Below are positions 17,105 to 20,000 of a stretch of 20,000 nt of DNA, one piece after another (the first letter of the stretch is position 1; the number at the start of each line of letters is the position of its first letter). Location of the stretch: IMG/VR virus record IMGVR_UViG_2061766007_000501. One strand, 5' to 3'. Source of the stretch: an uncultured virus (IMG/VR IMGVR_UViG_2061766007_000501) (lineage: Duplodnaviria > Heunggongvirae > Uroviricota > Caudoviricetes). The notes beneath the pieces were generated by a model that saw nothing but the letters and a program-made list of their open reading frames with translations, was not told where the DNA came from and did no database searches. Position numbers and translations under genes: made by a program.

Positions 17105-17338
17105 TTACTTTATTTCATATATGCTCTTTTTAACTATATAGCCTTTCTTCCTAAAATTTTTCATTATTCTACATAGTGTGCGATAAGAAATATTTGTATT
17201 ATTTGATATTTCTTCCATTGTGTCATTGCATCCTCCATCTTCTTGCATGCGCTTTGCAATATATGCATAAAGAATAAGTTCATTGCCAGTAAAACCCTTT
17301 TCTAAATATTCATCTTTAATTTCAATATTCATATTCAT
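17105..17338 (-). CDS. Small winged-HTH protein
   Basis: ELILYAYI..TMEEISNNTNISYRTLCRIMKNFRKKGYI; very AT-rich. Confidence 0.7.
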   Translation of the reverse strand: MNMNIEIKDEYLEKGFTGNELILYAYIAKRMQEDGGCNDTMEEISNNTNISYRTLCRIMKNFRKKGYIVKKSIYEIK

Positions 17339-17556
17339 TCCTCCTTTCTATACTTATCAGCTGCTTTTTTTGCTTGATATTTTGTAATAACAAGCATGTC
17401 CTTATCATCTTCCCATAATAGCTTTGCAGTATCTACCATAGCCTTTTCCAAACAGTCAGCACAATATGGATAGGATGGTATATCTGGGTCAATAATAGGA
17501 TAGAAAGCAACAGCTTGCTTACCACAAACACAACACTTGCAATCTTTAGCATCCAT
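17335..17556 (-). CDS. Small Zn-finger-like protein
   Basis: CCVCGK..YCADC. Confidence 0.7.
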   Translation of the reverse strand: MDAKDCKCCVCGKQAVAFYPIIDPDIPSYPYCADCLEKAMVDTAKLLWEDDKDMLVITKYQAKKAADKYRKEE

Positions 17557-17558
17557 AA

Positions 17559-17810
17559 TTATTCCTCCATTGCTTTTCTAAAATCTCTAACTAACACTTC
17601 TGTAGGCTTTGCATAACTATCATTTTTTAATAACCACTCACAAGCCTTCTCAATAGTTTCTTCCTTTGCAATCTCCACAGCCATCAATGCTTGTTCTGGT
17701 GTAAGCCATTCATGGTAGGAAATTACCGTCTTGCCATATCTATCCTCTACAGAACATAGTTCATTACTACACTTCCTTGTACTGTCTTGTATAAACTTTT
17801 CGGCTTTCAT
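17559..17810 (-). CDS. Hypothetical phage protein (IEKACEWL motif)
   Basis: 83 aa, tight operon packing. Confidence 0.75.
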   Translation of the reverse strand: MKAEKFIQDSTRKCSNELCSVEDRYGKTVISYHEWLTPEQALMAVEIAKEETIEKACEWLLKNDSYAKPTEVLVRDFRKAMEE

Positions 17811-17813
17811 ATC

Positions 17814-18098
17814 CTATAACTTGTTATATCTATTAATTCTGCACGATTCACGCATTTCCGCAACACGCCTTACGCAATATTCATTCCGTAAGGTGTGCAA
17901 TCTTTTCTTGGCATCCTTAAGTCGGAACTCCACCACATCGCCCTTGTCGGTAAAGTTCCGCAGCCCGATAATGTACACACCATCCCATTTCCTTTCGGCT
18001 ATCAACTGCGGTTCAATCTTAGGCAGTTCAGCCTTCTTTTTTATGCAGTATGCACGGTGTGCCTCCGTCTTCAGTTTTTTCAGTAATTTCGTTTTCAT
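17814..18098 (-). CDS. Basic hypothetical protein
   Basis: Start re-assigned to ATG 18098 (MKTKLLKKLK). Confidence 0.65.
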   Translation of the reverse strand: MKTKLLKKLKTEAHRAYCIKKKAELPKIEPQLIAERKWDGVYIIGLRNFTDKGDVVEFRLKDAKKRLHTLRNEYCVRRVAEMRESCRINRYNKL

Positions 18099-18201
18099 AT
18101 TCAATTGGCTCAAAGTTATCACAAGATTCACACTCGCTTGTCACACCCTCCCATTCAACGCACAGCTCATAGAGTGCGCACATAATACACATGTGTTTCA
18201 T
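18028..18201 (-). CDS. Small Cys-rich protein (57 aa, not in the ORF track)
   Basis: MKHMCIMCALYELCVEWEGVTSECESCDNFEPIEYENE...; ATG 5 nt after the upstream stop. Confidence 0.55.
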   Translation of the reverse strand: MKHMCIMCALYELCVEWEGVTSECESCDNFEPIEYENEITEKTEDGGTPCILHKKEG

Positions 18202-18206
18202 TATCG

Positions 18207-19121
18207 TTATTTTTTTGATATGTCTTTATCCAGCTTATCAAGCATTGCTTCCTGCTTCTGACGTTCCAGCTCTGCAATGGCATTCTCTTTTAATTCGTTG
18301 AGATCGCTGACCGCATTTACGAACTCGCCTTTGGTGCGAAAAATCTCCTTGAAGTCGGTGATGGCAGATGAGGCTGCGTCAAAGACAAGGGCTGGATGTG
18401 TCCACTTGTTCTGCAGCTGACGGATGCCAAGCGCAATATTCTCCTCGTCATACGTACTCAGCTTATGGCTGCTGATGCCTGGTTCCAGCGTGACAAGAGC
18501 CTTGTTCCAGAGGTCTGCTATATCTCGTATGAGGAACCCACGGAACAGGCTCTTCAGGATGTCCTTAGATACTCCCGTCTCTTTCACGCACTGCTTGATT
18601 GCCTCCTGCCAAATGTCGCATGACAGCTCCAGGCAGGTCATGGCAGCCATGCAGTATGATAGTGGCTCTGCATGCTCCTCCTTCTCGCCATTATGCAAAA
18701 ACGACAGGCGGTACTTGTTGGCAAGGCTACCGATGAGGGGTTTGCTGTCCATATAGACTGGCGAACCCAAGCCCTGCCACATTTCGAAGAACTGGCGGTC
18801 AGTGATATCACCGTAAAAGCTCCTGACGTGCTCATCCATATCGGCAAGGTGGAAAAACCTTTTCTGCCTAGCATAGAGCAGGTTGTTTTCGTAAGTCCTC
18901 CATTTATCGAACACCTTACGGAACAGGCTACCGGCACGGCCTATGTAGCCCGGATAAGCTTTGATTCTATCGTGTGCGTCAACCATCACCAGGTATGTGG
19001 CATTGTTGGCCACGCCAGTTGATGTCTTAACGACTGATGAGGCCACTGCAATAGCCCTCACGAACTCATCATTGGTGTACCCTTTCGGGTTTGTTATCGG
19101 ATTATATCTTATTGTTCTCAT
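18207..19121 (-). CDS. Hypothetical helical phage protein (304 aa)
   Basis: Long ORF in operon orientation; no motif recognised. Confidence 0.85.
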   Translation of the reverse strand: MRTIRYNPITNPKGYTNDEFVRAIAVASSVVKTSTGVANNATYLVMVDAHDRIKAYPGYIGRAGSLFRKVFDKWRTYENNLLYARQKRFFHLADMDEHVRSFYGDITDRQFFEMWQGLGSPVYMDSKPLIGSLANKYRLSFLHNGEKEEHAEPLSYCMAAMTCLELSCDIWQEAIKQCVKETGVSKDILKSLFRGFLIRDIADLWNKALVTLEPGISSHKLSTYDEENIALGIRQLQNKWTHPALVFDAASSAITDFKEIFRTKGEFVNAVSDLNELKENAIAELERQKQEAMLDKLDKDISKK

Positions 19122-19125
19122 TTAT

Positions 19126-19281
19126 TCACTGTTTATGAATTATCCTACTGAGCCCTGGCAAGGACTGGCAATGTCCATGAAAGCGGTATGGAGGGTGTGC
19201 AAGCAATACGCAGATAAGCCTGAGCGAACTTTCTTTGTCACGCTCCCTTACCAAATTATATGACCTCCTGTAATTATCCAT
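19126..19281 (-). CDS. Possible 51-aa ORF (or structured RNA) downstream of the pentamer array
   Basis: MDNYRRSYNLVRERDKESSLRLICVLLAHPPYRFHGHCQ...; stop 4 nt before the next ATG; the second copy (19472-19594) keeps the frame. Confidence 0.4.
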   Translation of the reverse strand: MDNYRRSYNLVRERDKESSLRLICVLLAHPPYRFHGHCQSLPGLSRIIHKQ

Positions 19282-19287
19282 AAAAAA

Positions 19288-19383
19288 ACTACGCTTTGCT
19301 TTGCTTCGCTTTGCCCNNNNNNNNNNTACTTAGCTCCGCAAGGCTGGGCTTTGATTAGCTTGGCTGGGCTATGCTTTCGCTAT
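19288..19383 (-). repeat. Pentamer (AGC-NN) array, copy A, interrupted by a 10-N gap
   Basis: Minus strand: at AGC gaa AGC at AGC cc AGC ca AGC ta ATC aa AGC cc AGC ct TGC gg AGC ta AGT [gap] GGC aa AGC ga AGC aa AGC aa AGC gt AGT. Confidence 0.85.
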
Positions 19384-19461
19384 TTATTTCACTTTCTTTA
19401 CGTCAAATCTTCCATATCTACGCCTGTATGTGCCAACACCGTACCTCATACCTGCTATATC
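19384..19461 (-). CDS. 3' end of a second Cas7/RAMP-like gene copy, cut by an assembly gap
   Basis: DIAGMRYGVGTYRRRYGRFDVKKVK* versus EIAGLRYGVGTYRRRYGRYEIKKVK* in the 19699 gene; changes are mostly synonymous. Confidence 0.75.
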   Translation of the reverse strand, partial: DIAGMRYGVGTYRRRYGRFDVKKVK

Positions 19462-19602
19462 NNNNNNNNNNTAAGCCCTGGCAATGCCCATGAAAGCGGT
19501 ATGGAGGGTGTGCAAGCGATACGCAGATAAACCTGAGCGAACTTTCTTTGTCACGCTCCCTTACCAAATTATATGACTTTCTGTAGTTGTCCATTTTAAA
19601 AA

Positions 19603-19698
19603 ACTATGCTATGCTGCGCTTCGCTGCGCTCTGCCGTGCTTCGGCTACGTTTCGCTTTGCTTCTCTATGCTCAGTTAAGCTTTGCTTTGCTATGTTGA
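19603..19698 (-). ncRNA. Pentamer (AGC-NN) array, copy B; putative guide-type RNA
   Basis: Begins 2 nt after the stop: AAC at AGC aa AGC aa AGC tt AAC tg AGC at AGA ga AGC aa AGC ga AAC gt AGC cga AGC ac GGC ag AGC gc AGC ga AGC gc AGC at AGC at AGT, then a T-tract; 19 triplets, 13 of them AGC. Confidence 0.7.
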
Positions 19699-19998
19699 CT
19701 ATTTCACTTTCTTAATTTCATACCTTCCGTACCTCCTGCGATAGGTGCCGACCCCGTAACGGAGGCCTGCTATCTCAGCTATCTCCATCACCTCCGACTC
19801 GTTCAGCTGGCTCTCGTCAAACCAGCACGTGCATTCAGCACTCCATTCAGGTATGATGGCACGGGTAGTGGTAATCTTCACATTCTTGATGCCAACGGCA
19901 CGAACGTCCACATAGATGCCAAGGTTGTACAGTTTATCTGGTGGAATCATCTTATCCCTGAAATCAAGCTTTGCATCATCGAATATGCGGAAGCTCTT
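19699..19998 (-). CDS. Cas7/RAMP-like (Vipr-like) protein, N-terminus outside the window
   Basis: Frame is open to the window edge (KSFRIFDDAKLDFRDKMIPP...). YVDVRAVGIKNVKITTTRAIIPEWSAECTCWFD..AGLRYGVGTYRRRYGRYEI shows a thumb-like hairpin and a C-terminal G-x-G-x-x-R-x-x-x-G-R-(Y/F) loop as in RAMP proteins. Confidence 0.7.
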   Translation of the reverse strand, partial: KSFRIFDDAKLDFRDKMIPPDKLYNLGIYVDVRAVGIKNVKITTTRAIIPEWSAECTCWFDESQLNESEVMEIAEIAGLRYGVGTYRRRYGRYEIKKVK

Positions 19999-20000
19999 CT

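Larger units (their letters stand above)
19167..19776. repeat. Diverged direct duplication (~19167-19461 vs ~19478-19776) of gene end + array + downstream segment
   Basis: The ~110-nt segment ctggcaatg.ccatgaaagcggtatggagggtgtgcaagc...ccaaattatatgac is nearly identical in both copies; N gaps at 19317-19326 and 19462-19471. Confidence 0.85.

Noticed and set aside
17731..19263. Plus-strand ORFs (176, 110, 116, 100 aa)
   Set aside because: They are antisense to a tightly coupled minus-strand operon and have no recognisable features.
19167..19698. Canonical CRISPR array
   Set aside because: There are no 25-45 nt repeats with unique spacers; the period is 5 nt and the longer repeat occurs only twice.
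19603..19698. Simple microsatellite or coding low-complexity repeat
   Set aside because: The period of 5 is out of codon phase, and the dinucleotides vary from unit to unit while the triplet stays fixed, unlike slippage-expanded repeats.
19384..19776. Duplicated gene 3' end as a DGR template/variable repeat pair
   Set aside because: Differences are mostly synonymous and not confined to adenines, and no reverse transcriptase is present in the window.

Overview
Fragment of a Bacteroidales (Prevotella-like) phage or prophage, judged from gene content and repeated TAnnTTTG promoter boxes. From left to right: (1) the 3' part of a giant polyvalent protein (JAB/RadC, zincin HExxH, LPD38-like C-terminus); (2) a cassette between two near-identical terminators, holding an HU-like gene, a BRO-N/ANT antirepressor behind a C4-like antisense leader, and an AT-rich membrane-protein moron; (3) an HTH-led 7-gene operon of unknown function with a Gly-rich/CCC coiled-coil protein and a HExxH peptidase; (4) a convergent lysis module (holin-like, HExxH protein, DUF5675-type endolysin); (5) a long minus-strand run of small accessory genes. 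The most striking signal is at the right end. A Cas7/RAMP-like gene with a C-terminal Gly-rich loop is followed directly by a non-coding array of ~19 pentamers (fixed AGC-type triplet + variable dinucleotide). A second copy has the same protein tail but a different dinucleotide code. This suggests a phage-encoded, non-CRISPR RNA-guided system resembling VIPR. All family assignments come from motif recognition, not database searches.
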